A program made the position numbers and the translations under genes. A stretch of 62,671 nt of DNA, the filler included, from Choristocarpus tenellus KU-1152 (lineage: Eukaryota; Protista; Phaeophyceae): the NCBI GenBank assembly GCA_964200185.2. It is 14 parts of 14 records of this genome, joined end to end, with 100 filler letters (N's around TTAATTAATTAA, not from the genome) between each part and the next. Parts side by side here need not be neighbours in the genome. Positions count along the whole stretch, not along the records: positions 1 to 6,378 come from CAXNAD020008266.1; positions 6,479 to 11,423 come from CAXNAD020012430.1; positions 11,524 to 17,698 come from CAXNAD020008761.1; 11 more parts are not named here. One strand, 5' to 3'. How positions within the stretch are numbered: position 1 is the first letter of the stretch; each line of letters starts with the position of its first letter. A model generated the notes under the pieces. It saw only the letters and a program-made list of their open reading frames with translations, was not told the DNA's origin and made no database searches. Positions 1 through 11,854 of this stretch are shown here, piece after piece.

Positions 1-173
1 ACGGAGGGGGGGGGGGGGGGGGTTGTGAGGGGGCGTCCGTTTCGGTCAAACTCTTTTTTTTGCTGACATTTCAAATCCAACACGTGCAACCAAATCACAC
101 CAAAAAAGTGAAAATCGAAAAAGGGTGAAAAACGGACGCCAACACCTCCCCCCCCCCCCAGATACTTTGACCC
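1..173 (-). mobile_element. MITE family C (~170-200 bp), truncated at window start
   Basis: Ends cccccagatactttgaccc (rc GGGTCAAAGTATCTGGGGG) with subterminal aaacggacgc; body matches 24311-24368 and 50024-50166. Confidence 0.85.
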
Positions 174-231
174 CCTAACCCATTGAACACTGCAACAGAA
201 ACAAAAGCAACATGCCTGCATATGTACTAAC

Positions 232-2255
232 CTGATCTGGATCCAGAACTCCCCACAGAGTGAGATGCATGATTTCAAACGTGTGGTGGGTCTTGGGGTC
301 GAAATTGTGTAGGTTACCGTTTTGTCCAAACTTGGTTGTCATGAACTGTTCCATGACCTGAGAAGGCGGTTCAACAACCGCCCACGAGTAACAAACCGCG
401 CAAAAAATAAGAAAAGAGGTAAAATCCCACCCCAAAAAAAGGTATCACAAGTTGACTCATGTAAAACAATGTGAACCGGTGTGTACCCGCTAGAACAAAA
501 AAAAAAAAACGAGATTCAGAAAACCAATCAACAATCCACAGATTGCCTGGTGGTTGGCAGATACACACAAGATCAACAAAAGCGCTTGAGTCTGATTCAC
601 ACCCTCCTATCAAGGCATCAAGAAAACCTTACAAGATGCCGAACCATTTCCACGGGTTGACTGCTCTATTCCTCTCAGCATACGGACACAGAGCCACTTC
701 GGAGCAAATAACAATATAAATCTTATTGTCTATTCCAACTGTGAGGTCCAAATGCAAACCCAATATTGGGGTGCTCTGCTGCCTTGTCCCTTTTTATGGT
801 ATCGTTAGGAGGATCCCATCATCTAATTTGATGGCAGTTGAGAGGACCCTTTCCTTCCATTCTTGAAAATTTACAGTCTTCAAAAAAAAATTGAGATTAT
901 CCCCTGCTCCTCGTGGGAACCTCTTCATCAATGCACCCATCTGCTACATACACAGAATTTCTCATATTGCACAAATGGTACAAGCCTCTGCCTCTACACA
1001 GATAAGAAATCACAGGGTCTATTCAAGATCAGAGAATAAGATCTCAGAGGAGACAAAATACCACTCAATGCCACTTCAAGATGATCAACCAAGACTTCCT
1101 CCTACTGGAATGCCTGAATAAAAAAATAGGTCATGCTCTGAAACAAGGCTACCAATGAAGCTAACAGTCAAGCCCAAACACAGAAAGAGCTTCGCATTGC
1201 ATTTGGCCCACATCCTTCTCCAACCCCAACACAACAGCAACCTGTGCATGACACACTGCCGAGTCAATAAGCCCCGTTACCAAAGCCAATCATACCTGCT
1301 CATTGGTGTGTGTGCTTTGCAGGTCTCTCAGCAAGGACAAGAATTCGTTCAGGCTCCTAGATATCGTTGCTTGTATGGCCACGGTCCACGTACCGATTCC
1401 CTGATGCCAAAGTACCAACAACAACGAAAAAAGAGGGGTAAGAACTGCCAATGAGTAACACGCGAGACTATAAAAAGCCGGTTCAAGCCGGTACAAGCCG
1501 GTTCAAGCCAGTTCAAGCCGGTTCAAGCCGGTTCAAGCCGGTGAAATTCCGTTACCTTCACCCCCAAAAAGCGAGAGAATGCAAACTCCAAGGATGGTCA
1601 ATGCGATTCAATTCGTAGATGTGTCTGGTCACAAGAGCATCATCATCAAGAGCTATCTGCCCACGACCCTAACCCTACAGAAACAACATGATTACAAACA
1701 TATTGGGCGCATGGCAACAATGAAAGGCATCGAAACGCACTGCCCCCTTCAACTACATTTTTTTTTTAAATTAAGTCTGATAAATGTCGATTCTCTCAGA
1801 ACCATGCTGGACACCTTGAGGAGACAAGAATGAGAACATGAAAACAAAATAAAAATAAATGGAGACGGGTCACGGGCTACATAGAATCTTATGGCCATTC
1901 TGAATCTAGAGGAGTATGGAGGTTTAACGCATACGCTGCGGCATCATCCTCTTTTTTCTTTTTCTTTCAATCAAACACCACTTCAAATTCTATACTCACC
2001 AAAAAACAGAACCAGATTATTCAGAAAAAGCGAGTTCAGAGTTGGGTAGTAGAGGGCGAGACCCAAGGTCGGTCTTCTTACCACACACAGAGTCAACATG
2101 GTCGGGGTTTTACTTCTCTCTGCACAAAAGGGGACCACGCATCTATTGGGAACACACCCATTCACACCACAATAATCACCCCGGAGTACCACTACTGAAA
2201 CAATTTTTTGAGTACATCGACAGCAAATCCAATCAAAGACTTAATAAAAAAGGGG

Positions 2256-2289
<34 letters not shown>

Positions 2290-5200
2290 CTTACTCGATT
2301 AGACACAACAACCTAATGATACTCTATTGTTCTTGAAAAAAAAGAAGGAATGAAACCAACCAAACCTATGACAACACAGAAAAGGATGGCAAATCAGAGT
2401 TTACATGATCAGGGTAGCTTCAGTCACACCTGGTCATTGCCCAACATACCAACTAGACTTCCTAATACAGCAGAGAACGTCTCCAGCGTGCCACTCTTGA
2501 TCGCCTTCACCAGCAGGGGCAAACCTTTGTCGGTTAGAACTTCTTCCACAACCTGCCAAAACAGAGCATCCCACCCAGCCCAACAAATCAAGGCATCACA
2601 CTCAAACAACCCTCTTGTTGCAGTGCATACACATTTGTCAAAAGCCAGGTGAACTACTGGCCGAGTCAAACATCACAACAATGTACCAATATCTATCACA
2701 ATAGAGTACCAACATCTATCACAACAGAGTACCAACATATATCACAATAGAGCACCAACATCTATCACAACAATGTACGAACATATCTCACAACAGAGTA
2801 CCAACATCTATCACAACAGAGTACCTACATATCTCACAATAGAGCACCAACATCTATCACAACAGTATACCAACATATCTCACAATAGAGTACCAACATC
2901 TATCACAACAGAGTACCAACATCTATCACAACAGAGTACCTACATATCTCACAATAGAGCACCAACATCTATCACAACAGTGTACCAACAACCACCACAA
3001 CAGAGTACCTAACACCAGATTTTGATGTGGATAGGACAAGGCAACTCAGTCAAAATATAGCCAGTGATACTACCCCTGCGAAGGTTAAACAAAACCTGTT
3101 CGCCGTAACTGCCACTCAACAGCTGCAACCATCCCTCAAGGTACCATGATACCGTGAACTAAAACATTGCCCCAATTTACTGTCACGGATTAGTAAAAAA
3201 TTCGTGATGTGACTCCCAGCGTAACTGAACTCTGCCAAAGTAAATACAGCAAAGTAAAATACAGCAAAGTAAATACAGTCTGTCCAGTGATATGTATAGG
3301 ACCCTTTTATCTGGGCGGGCCCCCATCCAATTCAGAAAAAAACTCTTCATCTCCAATGGCTAAGAGAATGGAAGTCAGCGGGGGCAGTTTGATAATCATC
3401 ATTGACAGACAAAGGTATTACCATCATTGACAGACAAAGGTATTCTCTAAAATCCAAATTAACAATGTCAAAAGTAGCACAGAGAGCCATACCTTACAGC
3501 TGGCAAAACCTCAATCCTATCTATTCAATCCTATCTATTCAATCCTATCTATTCAAACCTCAATCAATCTATTCAATCCCATCTATTCAAACCTCAATCA
3601 ATCTATCCAATCCTATCTATTCAAATCAACAACGCTCGCTGCTCTACACAGTTCCATTTAGTTCCATTTACACACCGATATGTTGATGCCCTTATACCCC
3701 TCTTTGGATACTAGCACAGTAGTGATCAAACGTATTGCTCATCTAAAAGGGCACACTCTCGAGAAGGAGAGAGACAGCCATAGTGAAGAAACTGGGCAAA
3801 AAATAGGTATAAAGCGTTTAGAAGCAAGGCCAGTCGCCACACTCTGTATAGATACACAAGTACGACATGAAACCTATAAAAAAAAAACTCATAAAAACAA
3901 AGATGAAATAAATTCAAATGGGCAAATCCATAGATCTAGTTAAATAGATCAATTGATTAATCTTAAATACATGTATTATATATACACAATGTGTTAGGAA
4001 TCAAATTATATATTGGCAACAAAACAATTCAAATTGGTATAAAAACTTACAAAAAAATACCTAATTCAAATATTAGTATTATGACGATAACCTACCGATG
4101 CACTCAACTCCCAGAACTCGTCCACGAGAAACAAAAAACACTACACACACACACACACACACACACAATCCCTCCAATGTCAATAAATATCAACCGAATC
4201 TGACATTCGGGACAGTCAAAGTTTTCTTTTTCTTCTTAGTGCACCTGCTTCTCGCCCAGCACATCTATCATTCTGTCCAGTACAGCGGAGAACACCACCG
4301 GGCTATGTAGTCTTGCCGATAGCATGAGCAAAGTCTCCTTAAATCTGTTCCTCGCTACGAGCTGTGCAACCACCTGTTACACAAGGATCAACCACGGAAA
4401 GACCCCGTCATCAACAGGCCGTGCGCAAAGGTGAGCTTGGTCTGAGGCTCAAAGTAACTGGGGGGGGAGGGGGGGGGGGTGGCGGCTGTCCATTTGGGGC
4501 CAATTTTTTCATGTTGTGACTTTTGGGTGATTTCATAGCATACGACGGATGGATAATGTAAGTGCACATTTCCTGGTTATGGTCCAAATGGACACCCTGG
4601 TGTACACACACACACACCCCCAGATACTCTGTGTCTGAATTGCACCACGGAGGACAAACACCAGAAATCACAAAGGCGGAGGCAAGGCGCACATCATATT
4701 GCTCTTGACCGCCATCCACTGGTGAGGAACACCTACAAAAGCTAGCGTCGAATATCCGCTTCAATAAAGACGGTATCAAAAAGCCACCCCCCAAAACTTC
4801 CATCAGACTGCTCAACCCAATCTCAACACGCCTCCGGTCCTACCTCTTCACTGCTCAACACCTTGCGAAGCGTGTCTATCACGCTCGGCAAATGCTCAAG
4901 GGAACCGCCGCTGGAAGCCAGAATCAGGGGGCTCATCTCCTGCCAGGCTTCGGCTACAACTTGTTGCATCACCTGTAAGAAAGAAGCAGGAAAGACTTCA
5001 CTCAAGGCTAAGCCTATCCGAACAATGAGGTGTGAGTTACACCGCCTAAGGACACAATACAAAACCCTAGAACACGCCTTCTTCTCGCAGTTTCCACGTG
5101 GTAAAATATTGAAAAAAAGCACGAGCATCTCATAAAGAAGGTAACATCCCACACTTGAGGTTAGAACTTGGAGGGGCACGTGCCTAACTCATCTCTTGCA

Positions 5201-5440
5201 GGCACGGCTCAGAATAGGTGAGACCAGCACGACTTAGGTCACTACGGCATAAATCCCTTGCAGAGGAGGAACCTAACAAGCGAGGCACTGTGTCGGCCAG
5301 ACCTGCTCTGGACTTAGTAGGTCCAGCATCGAGTGAAGCACCATCGAGAAGTCTCCCAGATCACTCTTTTTTGCTGTTTGCAGCAGCAGACTAGTGTTGG
5401 TGTTACGATCCCTTGCCGAGACAAACTCCACCGCATCCGC
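232..5440 (-). CDS. Partial multi-exon gene, ankyrin-like helical repeat protein with one repeat per exon (exons 5440-5303, 4972-4844, 4373-4245, 2552-2430, 1400-1296, 357-232)
   Basis: Six AG/GT-bounded, stop-free exons of 138, 129, 129, 123, 105 and 126 nt, all phase 0; translations align to V.EQL.A.D....S.L..A...GS...F..VL..L..VL..EQ. Confidence 0.75.
560..1250 (+). mobile_element. Possible highly decayed tyrosine-recombinase (DIRS/Ngaro-like) relic in an intron
   Basis: Broken frames with CLVPFYGIVRR and KIGHALKQG, reminiscent of YR box I and HxxR motifs; many stops. Confidence 0.25.
1475..1542. repeat. 10-bp tandem repeat (AAGCCGGTTC) x ~7
   Basis: Direct reading. Confidence 0.95.
2672..3012. 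repeat. 23-bp minisatellite (CAACAGAGTACCAACATCTATCA) x ~14-15
   Basis: Period 23 (agagtacc at 2703, 2726...); intronic. Confidence 0.95.
3508..3627. repeat. Degenerate 14-bp tandem repeat (AATCCTATCTATTC)
   Basis: Direct reading. Confidence 0.85.
4446..4635 (+). mobile_element. MITE family B (~175-190 bp), intronic
   Basis: ggctcaaagtaactggggg...ccccagatactctgtgtc TIRs; internal gtccatttgg/ccaaatggac; 3-bp TSD TGA. Confidence 0.85.
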
Positions 5441-5529
5441 CTAGCAGGGTGAGGCAAGTATGAAACAAGCAAGCAAGCAAGCATACAAGAGTAAAGCAAC
5501 AACACGGTGACATGATGCTCAAATAGTGT

Positions 5530-5587
5530 ATGCATATATACACATACATACATAAATACATACATATTCACACACATACATACATAC

Positions 5588-5619
<32 letters not shown>

Positions 5620-5733
5620 CACACACATACATACATACTACATACATACATACTACATACTACATATTACATACTACATACTACATACATACATATACAC
5701 ATACATACATACATACATTCATACATACATACA
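5530..5733. repeat. (ACAT)n compound microsatellite
   Basis: Direct reading. Confidence 0.95.
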
Positions 5734-6139
5734 TAACACAAGGATTGCTGAGACATAGATGCAGGAGGTTGGGTGCCCAATAAAAAAACTAAAAAATAAA
5801 AAAAGACTGACTCAGCGTTGATCCAGACAGTCAACCGGCAGAGACTTGACTGCACCAAAAGTCTCGAAAGAACAAAAACGGAACACAACTCCCTCGAAAC
5901 AGATAGCACACGCCTCTGCAATACAAGTCAACACAGTTTGTTTTTTCTTAAGCGTGTTTTTTCACACAATACAATCAACACAGCTTCAGGTGTTCATTGT
6001 GAATACCACACGCAAACCCTACCCGAACATTTCTGTCCTCCCCTCTGAAATAAAAATTAAAAAAAAAGTAGACCGTGATCTCAGCGCATAGAGCACAAAT
6101 ATCACACACACAACCCAAAAAATTAGAGTGGAGACAATG

Positions 6140-6378
6140 CTGTGTAGACTGAAGTAACAACTGTGTAGACTGAAGTAACAACTGTGTAGACTGAAGTAAC
6201 AACTGTGTAGACTGAAGTAACAACTGTGTAGACTGAAGTAACAACTGTGTGGACTGAAGTAACAACTGTGTGGACTGAAGTAACAACTGTGTAGACTGAA
6301 GTAACAACTGTGTGGACTGAAGTAACAACTGTGTAGACTGAAGTAACAACTGTGTGGACTGAAGTAACAACTGTGTAG
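6140..6378. repeat. 21-bp minisatellite (CTGTGTAGACTGAAGTAACAA) x >=11, runs into contig end
   Basis: Head-to-tail units with no spacers; only an A/G variant. Confidence 0.97.
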
Positions 6379-6478
6379 NNNNNNNNNNNNNNNNNNNNNN
6401 NNNNNNNNNNNNNNNNNNNNNNTTAATTAATTAANNNNNNNNNNNNNNNNNNNNNNNNNNNNNNNNNNNNNNNNNNNN
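6379..6478. other. Artificial contig-joining linker (44N + TTAATTAATTAA + 44N). Identical linkers at 11424-11523, 17699-17798, 24369-24468, 31210-31309, 35165-35264, 40177-40276, 43432-43531, 46512-46611, 50167-50266, 53533-53632, 56837-56936 and 59917-60016
   Basis: 13 identical 100-bp blocks; TTAATTAATTAA gives stops in all six frames; flanking sequences are unrelated. Confidence 0.98.
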
Positions 6479-6569
6479 ATGGATAATGAAAGTGCACTTT
6501 TCCTGGTTTTGATCCAAATGGACACTCTGGTGTACATCCCCCCCCCCCCCCCTCCAGATACTTTGGGTC
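6479..6569 (+). mobile_element. MITE family B, 3' half (contig start)
   Basis: Matches B body; ends ccagatactttgggtc. Confidence 0.85.
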
Positions 6570-6994
6570 TCAAACTAGATCGCCCTCAAGTACATCCAGT
6601 GTTGAGCACTTAATTTGTATCCATCGTGTTTGGCAGTGATGGTTGGCAGTGATGGAAGATGGAATCAAAACCCATATTCCCAGATATATCCATATCTCAA
6701 CGCTACCAACTCCAAACATAAGTGACGACACATATATAGATTCAAGGTATCGGATTGGTGGGCAAAGACAAAGCTGACTGGTTTGGTAGAAAAAGGTAAT
6801 AGTTTACCCATAGTCTTTTAGAAACACCTTCCAATATATGTCGAAACACCTGTATGCATGTGTATATGTATATATATATGGATCATCGTGCTGAATTCAC
6901 ACACACCAACAATGTGAGCACAACTGGAGCGTGTATGAGGAGTTCACGTCAGGAAAATATTCACGCCTTAGACCCAAATACCATGGCTAATGTT

Positions 6995-7254
6995 GAGTCA
7001 AAGTAAGCGAGAGGTTCCCAATTTTGGGGTGTTGCACATTTTACGCCAGTTTTCCAATCTCTTGCAATTCACCCATATTTTTTATGGGTGATGTGCTACC
7101 TTTGACTTGAGAAGGTTGATTTCTCTATTGTTTTAAACTTTTGGACACAGTTCGGAAAATATCCCATACGCATTTGTAAAAAAATATTAATTTTGGATAG
7201 ATTTACCCGCACCCTTAGCATGCAAATCTGGGCACCTCTCATTTACTTTGACTC
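6995..7254 (+). mobile_element. MITE family D (~260 bp)
   Basis: TIR gagtcaaagtaagcgagaggt / acctctcatttactttgactc; 3-bp TSD GTT; homologous to 28912-29178 and 30759-31007. Confidence 0.85.
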
Positions 7255-7309
7255 GTTGCATATGTAGGTCATCCTTGACACAGGTCTCTCCTCCTCAACA
7301 GCCCCCCCT

Positions 7310-7578
7310 GGTACATAGTATCCTAGAGGGGTGGGGCATATTGGCGAAGTGGTCCATTTGGGACTTGATGGGGTGCCGCAAGATATCCAGATTTATGCTG
7401 TGAGTGATTTTCCTTCGAATTTGATCTAGGCAGGGGGATGGGAAGGAAGGTGTGTTCCGATAAAGAAAATTGCCCTTAAATATAACATGTTCACATATAC
7501 TGAGTATCACACGAAATCACGACAGGGTCACACAGGCCTAGAATGGACGCCTGATCCCCCTCTATGATGCTATGGGCC
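7310..7578 (+). mobile_element. MITE family G (~270 bp)
   Basis: TIR ggtacatagtatcctagaggg / ccctctatgatgctatgggcc; 4-bp TSD CCCT; homologous to 33721-34000. Confidence 0.8.
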
Positions 7579-7579
7579 C

Positions 7580-9070
7580 CCTGGCACATGACATCTCCTT
7601 CAACCCTTCCAACGGCATGTTCACTGGTGGTCAGTACAACATCCTCCTCTTGCTAAGATGGGGAATTTTGAAGAAGTTGTAACCCTTGGACCCCAGCACT
7701 TCACTTTTGAGTCTGAAAGAAGCTTTGCCAGATACACTTTAGTGTCTCTCAGGAATACACATCAAACGCCTCCATTGTGACCTCTACCAACTCCTCTGTG
7801 TTGGTCACCCCCATGTCTTCCTTCAGTTGCTGGTTGGAGCAAGAGAATCCCAGGTCATTGATGTCGAGGTCAGAGTGAAAGTATCTTAATAAGAGAGGGT
7901 ACGAGTTTTTCCCTGTTTGTCCGTTTGGGCTTTGGCTTCCCAAAGGTTTTTAATGACATCTTGCCTACTCCAAAGTGTTTCGGAGTAGGTAAAATGTGTA
8001 AGTTAGGAAAACGTGTATCTGGAACAAGGATATTGACATCTCCTAACAAACACAATAGCCAAAACTACATCAAAATCACAACGTTGGATTTTGGCTCCCA
8101 AATGGACGCGGCTCTACACTCTAAGGTACTTTGACTCTCAGGTGAGTTGGCTGACTGAATCTCTGTGACAATATCATCCTCCACTGCCTCCTTGATTGTC
8201 TCAATGATCCCCTCCATGGTGCGTCGTGGCTTTGCCCTGTCCTCCTCCACGAAGATGGTGTGTCCTTCCAGTCTAGGTATGCGGGCCTTGATTACCAGGA
8301 TGACATCCTCGATCATGAGCTTCTTATACCTCTCCCCGTCCACCATGGCTGGCACAGGCAACTTGGTTCCCTTGGGGTTGTATTTGCTCGAGCGCTGAGT
8401 GACCTTAGTATCCATGACGACCAGATCCCGATTTTCCCATCGAACCACACCCCATTGGAGAGCTTCCTGGGGCAGGCCACAACTGCGAGGAACATTACAT
8501 TCATAGTGTAACGCTTCTTCTGTACCCATAGGGATTTGGGGGGGTCCTCAGCCAGGTGCATTTACAAAACTTTCCCATCTTTGAGGATGTTAAACTACTT
8601 TTCACCCACATGCACCCTATGATATAGATCGTCCACTACTAACCCACCTCCTCCCCCCCTGCGTGTGTGACCAATGATGAAACCCAACCTGTCGACTCTC
8701 TGCTGGTCTGAGAGGACTGACATAATCCATCGCTTGACCTTCTTTACCTTCTTGTGCTTACATAGATCCCACAACAAGGCAAGGGAGACCCCAGCTTTGG
8801 TCACCTATTTGTGGAAGGATGTGTGGTGTACCAATGTGAAATCCCAAATATCGAGGACACTTGTACAGGAACCACATCACTCCTTGTGAGGTTGTACAAG
8901 GTCCATGCATTCACCCTGTGCGATCTGGCTGTTATTCTCCTTCAGATGATGGAACACGGTGATTCAGGAAATTCTGAAGTCCTCTACAATGGTCGCCACC
9001 GTCCCCCAAGGCATCCTAGTCTCGCGCCCTCTCACATCAAGACATCACACAACCACCCTGTTTTTCGTCA
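7580..9070 (-). pseudogene. Tc1/mariner transposase pseudogene (plant-mariner DD39D-like), interrupted by a family A MITE
   Basis: Motifs VHVGEK*F (VHVDEKWF), VMFLAVVACPR..WFDGKIGIW, IFVEEDRAKP and QSANSPD|LDINDLGF; 38 residues between D2 and D3; stops and frameshifts. Confidence 0.9.
7873..8137 (+). mobile_element. MITE family A (~260 bp) inserted in the mariner SPDL motif
   Basis: TIR gagtgaaagtatctta..agggta / tacactctaaggtactttgactc; 3-bp TSD TCA; central CCTACTCC..GGAGTAGG hairpin. Confidence 0.92.
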
Positions 9071-9689
9071 GGGTATTTGAGTCTGGACCTCAGACAGACT
9101 TCTGTGTCGAAGGATTGAGACTGACGGGCGACTACGGGATGAGCGAGCAGCTCGAATGACGGGGGGCCTTCGTCCTAGGTATCCCAACAAACGCCTGCTT
9201 TGACTAATTTCATGAGGTTTTGAACCCGGTCAAATGCAACTTGGTCGACTTTGCATTGGTGATCCTCCATAGTCATGACAGCCCACCATATTAGACATTG
9301 CACGCCTCCCAATCTATATGAGAACTATCCTCGTCCACGGTGGGTCGTTCCTGGGCAAAAATGGAGCTATCAAAAGTTAAATAACATTTTATCCCGAACG
9401 GATGAATTATGTATTTCTTTGTTTACCAAATTATCCTGGCAACACTGTGGACCTTGTGTTGGTGGGCACAGTGAACGCGAGGTAAGGGTGGATATGGAAA
9501 ATAGTACCCTTGCCGGTTTGTCACCATTACTGAAAGGTATTTCTTCACAATTGCACAGTCAGGGATTGCCTTACGAGCAAGTTGTCCTACTCTAACATAG
9601 TCGTGAAGGTTATTTTTTTTCCTCACTACTTCCCTCTCCTGTTTTCGATTTTCGATTTATGCTCCGAAGTTCTTCGAAGTGCTGGTCCG

Positions 9690-9835
9690 TTGCCGAAAAG
9701 GTTCATATCCAATGTGTTGTGCTGCCTACTTTGGGGCCGGTGGAAGCCCATGATGAGAGACGTTAAGTATCATTGGAAGAACGTGGAGCTCTGCCTGGTG
9801 CTCTGCCTATCAGGTCTTCTGTGGGGTTTCTGGAT
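9690..9835 (+). mobile_element. Possible piggyBac-like transposase relic
   Basis: CLLWGRWKPMMRDVKYHWKNVE..GALP resembles the stramenopile piggyBac motif GLL.AR.L.P....HW...E.GA.P; short and frameshifted. Confidence 0.3.
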
Positions 9836-10634
9836 GCTGTAAGTACCAGGCACTAAATGCCACATTGTTCAAGGAACTTCAATAATTCCAAGGAAAATGG
9901 TACCTTCTGCCTTCCCCGGTCCACTTCACCATAACCCCCTTCGTACTTCCCATCCAACCAGCAACTCATACACGAATATCCGTATCAGGACCCACACAGC
10001 TTGTCACAATTATGATATGTGGTCGCAGAGCAGGTCTATTCACAGATCCGTGCATGACTAATATGAGAAATAGGTCATTGTAAGATGAAGAGAGAGTGGT
10101 AAAATTGACTGGGTGACATGCACCTCCGCTATCTATTCTTAATTTTATTAATCCTTCCAATATAAAAAGCACTTCGTACTTTTCAACCAGCGTAAGTACC
10201 ACTTACTGTTGCCAGAGCGGCAAGTATATATGTAGATTCAATCCGCATGACTGAATGTATCATTGATGCGTTTAGTGCATATCTTTCTGAAATCCCGACA
10301 TCGTTTTGGTGTGGCTCTGTTTCAATTTTGGGGTTCATTCCACGAGCTTCACGTGCACAAAATAAGTTGATATAATTTCTCGTGGTTTCGAATACCATCC
10401 TTCAGGCAAGCACATGCACAAAGTCAAAAAAATCAAGCGCACATAAACTCAGTCCCCATCCTGGATATGAGGAACACCTATGAGGTCGTGGTGGTGCTCT
10501 CCTTGTTTGTATCAACTGCTGTTGAGGCACTTTGGGGATGAAGCTTAAGGGGAAGACAATAGGGGAGTGGTCCATCCGAAGTGAACTACCAGTAAGTGGG
10601 TCTGCCATTAGTCTGGAAACCTTATGTTGCAACA

Positions 10635-10700
10635 GAGCCAAAGTATCTCAGAGGGTATGGCCGCGTCCATTGGGGGTCAAAATCCAATGTTATGCAATTT
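10635..10700 (-). mobile_element. MITE family A solo end
   Basis: gagccaaagtatctcagagggtatggccgcgtccattgggggtcaaaatccaatgtt. Confidence 0.8.
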
Positions 10701-11554
10701 GTGTCTCTGGACGCATCTATGTTTTTGCTGTGTGGTGTTGTGGACATGCGTGTATTATATTCGTAGCTTTTCTAGGAACATTTTGTCACTTCTTCGAACC
10801 TTCTTCTTGCATGCAACTCACTTCTTTTGCTGAGGACTAGTACTTCTTCAAATATCCCTACAATATGTCACTATGTCCATTGTTCTTGTTATTATCTGAT
10901 GAGACAGGTATTCCTGGATCGTTGTGGCACAGTTTTGGTTTTTCCGGACTCATTTGCGAAATGCCAAAGGTCATAATAATACTCCAGAGTACAACAGTAA
11001 TATGGTTCGTTTTTCATCAGCGCTACAGTACGGTCTGAATGTACCAGACACATGTTCAACTGTATCTTAGATATGCCTTACGAGGTAAGCACTTGAGTTC
11101 ACATGCTCATATGCATACCATCCCGCCAACTCCACACTATGACATGCTCACTCCGTACGAAAAGAGGGAAGGTGCCGTATTTCATACCCTCGATGATAAT
11201 AGATGCTTCTCGTACAACGCTGAGTATGGTAGATAGTCAATCTCAACTCTCAAAGTGGTATACTTGGGTCGGTAGTTGGCCCAAAATGTGCAAGTGGGTA
11301 CTGGACTGGAATGAGGTTATAACAGTGGATTTAAAAAAAGAGGATGGAGCGTACTATTGGGGATGGTTTTGACCGAAAATGGTGCCGAAAAAGCGCCAAT
11401 ATGTTTTTTTTTGTAAATGTTGCNNNNNNNNNNNNNNNNNNNNNNNNNNNNNNNNNNNNNNNNNNNNTTAATTAATTAANNNNNNNNNNNNNNNNNNNNN
11501 NNNNNNNNNNNNNNNNNNNNNNNGGGGGGGGGGGGTGACACGACCAGCAAAAAA

Positions 11555-11595
<41 letters not shown>

Positions 11596-11854
11596 GGTGC
11601 AGGCGATGTTCTTGTGAGTGGTGTCGCCGTTGATGGGTAGAGAGAGGTCTGCTTCAAACGCACCGGATGGAGGTTGCACGCAAGCACAGTCGTGACCTAA
11701 GGGGGGAGACAACCCTGCGTTAAGCACAACAGTCCGCTGGGGTAGGGAGATCGGTTGGATTGCCCCAAAAGCCAAGAAAGGGTGCGCTGCGCAACTTGAG
11801 AGTAAGAGGTTTTAGGGAAAACATGGGGGAAACAGAATTTCTGACAGGCGATGC

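Noticed and set aside
2672-3012. 23-bp repeat array as CRISPR-like or coding repeat
   Set aside because: No spacers; intronic minisatellite whose unit is not a multiple of 3
3096-3359. Two extra small phase-0 exons for the repeat gene (also ~2083-2118)
   Set aside because: Weak donor sites and poor fit to the repeat; cannot be supported without RNA-seq
4446-4635. MITEs as introner-type intron-generating elements
   Set aside because: Copies lie inside pre-existing introns, TEs or intergenic DNA, their ends are not GT..AG, and none precisely interrupts a host exon
6140-6378. 21-bp repeat array resembling a CRISPR array, and the LLLQSTQ repeat ORF (5975-6370)
   Set aside because: Units are head-to-tail with no unique spacers, there are no cas genes and the context is eukaryotic; the ORF is a by-product of a stop-free unit length divisible by 3
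6423-6434. Recurrent TTAATTAATTAA palindrome as a biological site
   Set aside because: Always centred in 44N+44N; it is an assembly linker
7580-9070. Mariner transposase as the autonomous partner of the MITEs
   Set aside because: Tc1/mariner makes TA TSDs, the MITE TSDs are variable 3-4-mers, and a MITE disrupts this gene
9950-11372. Fragmented ORFs as possible viral or transposase genes
   Set aside because: No motif I can identify with confidence; multiple stops; needs a translated HMM search
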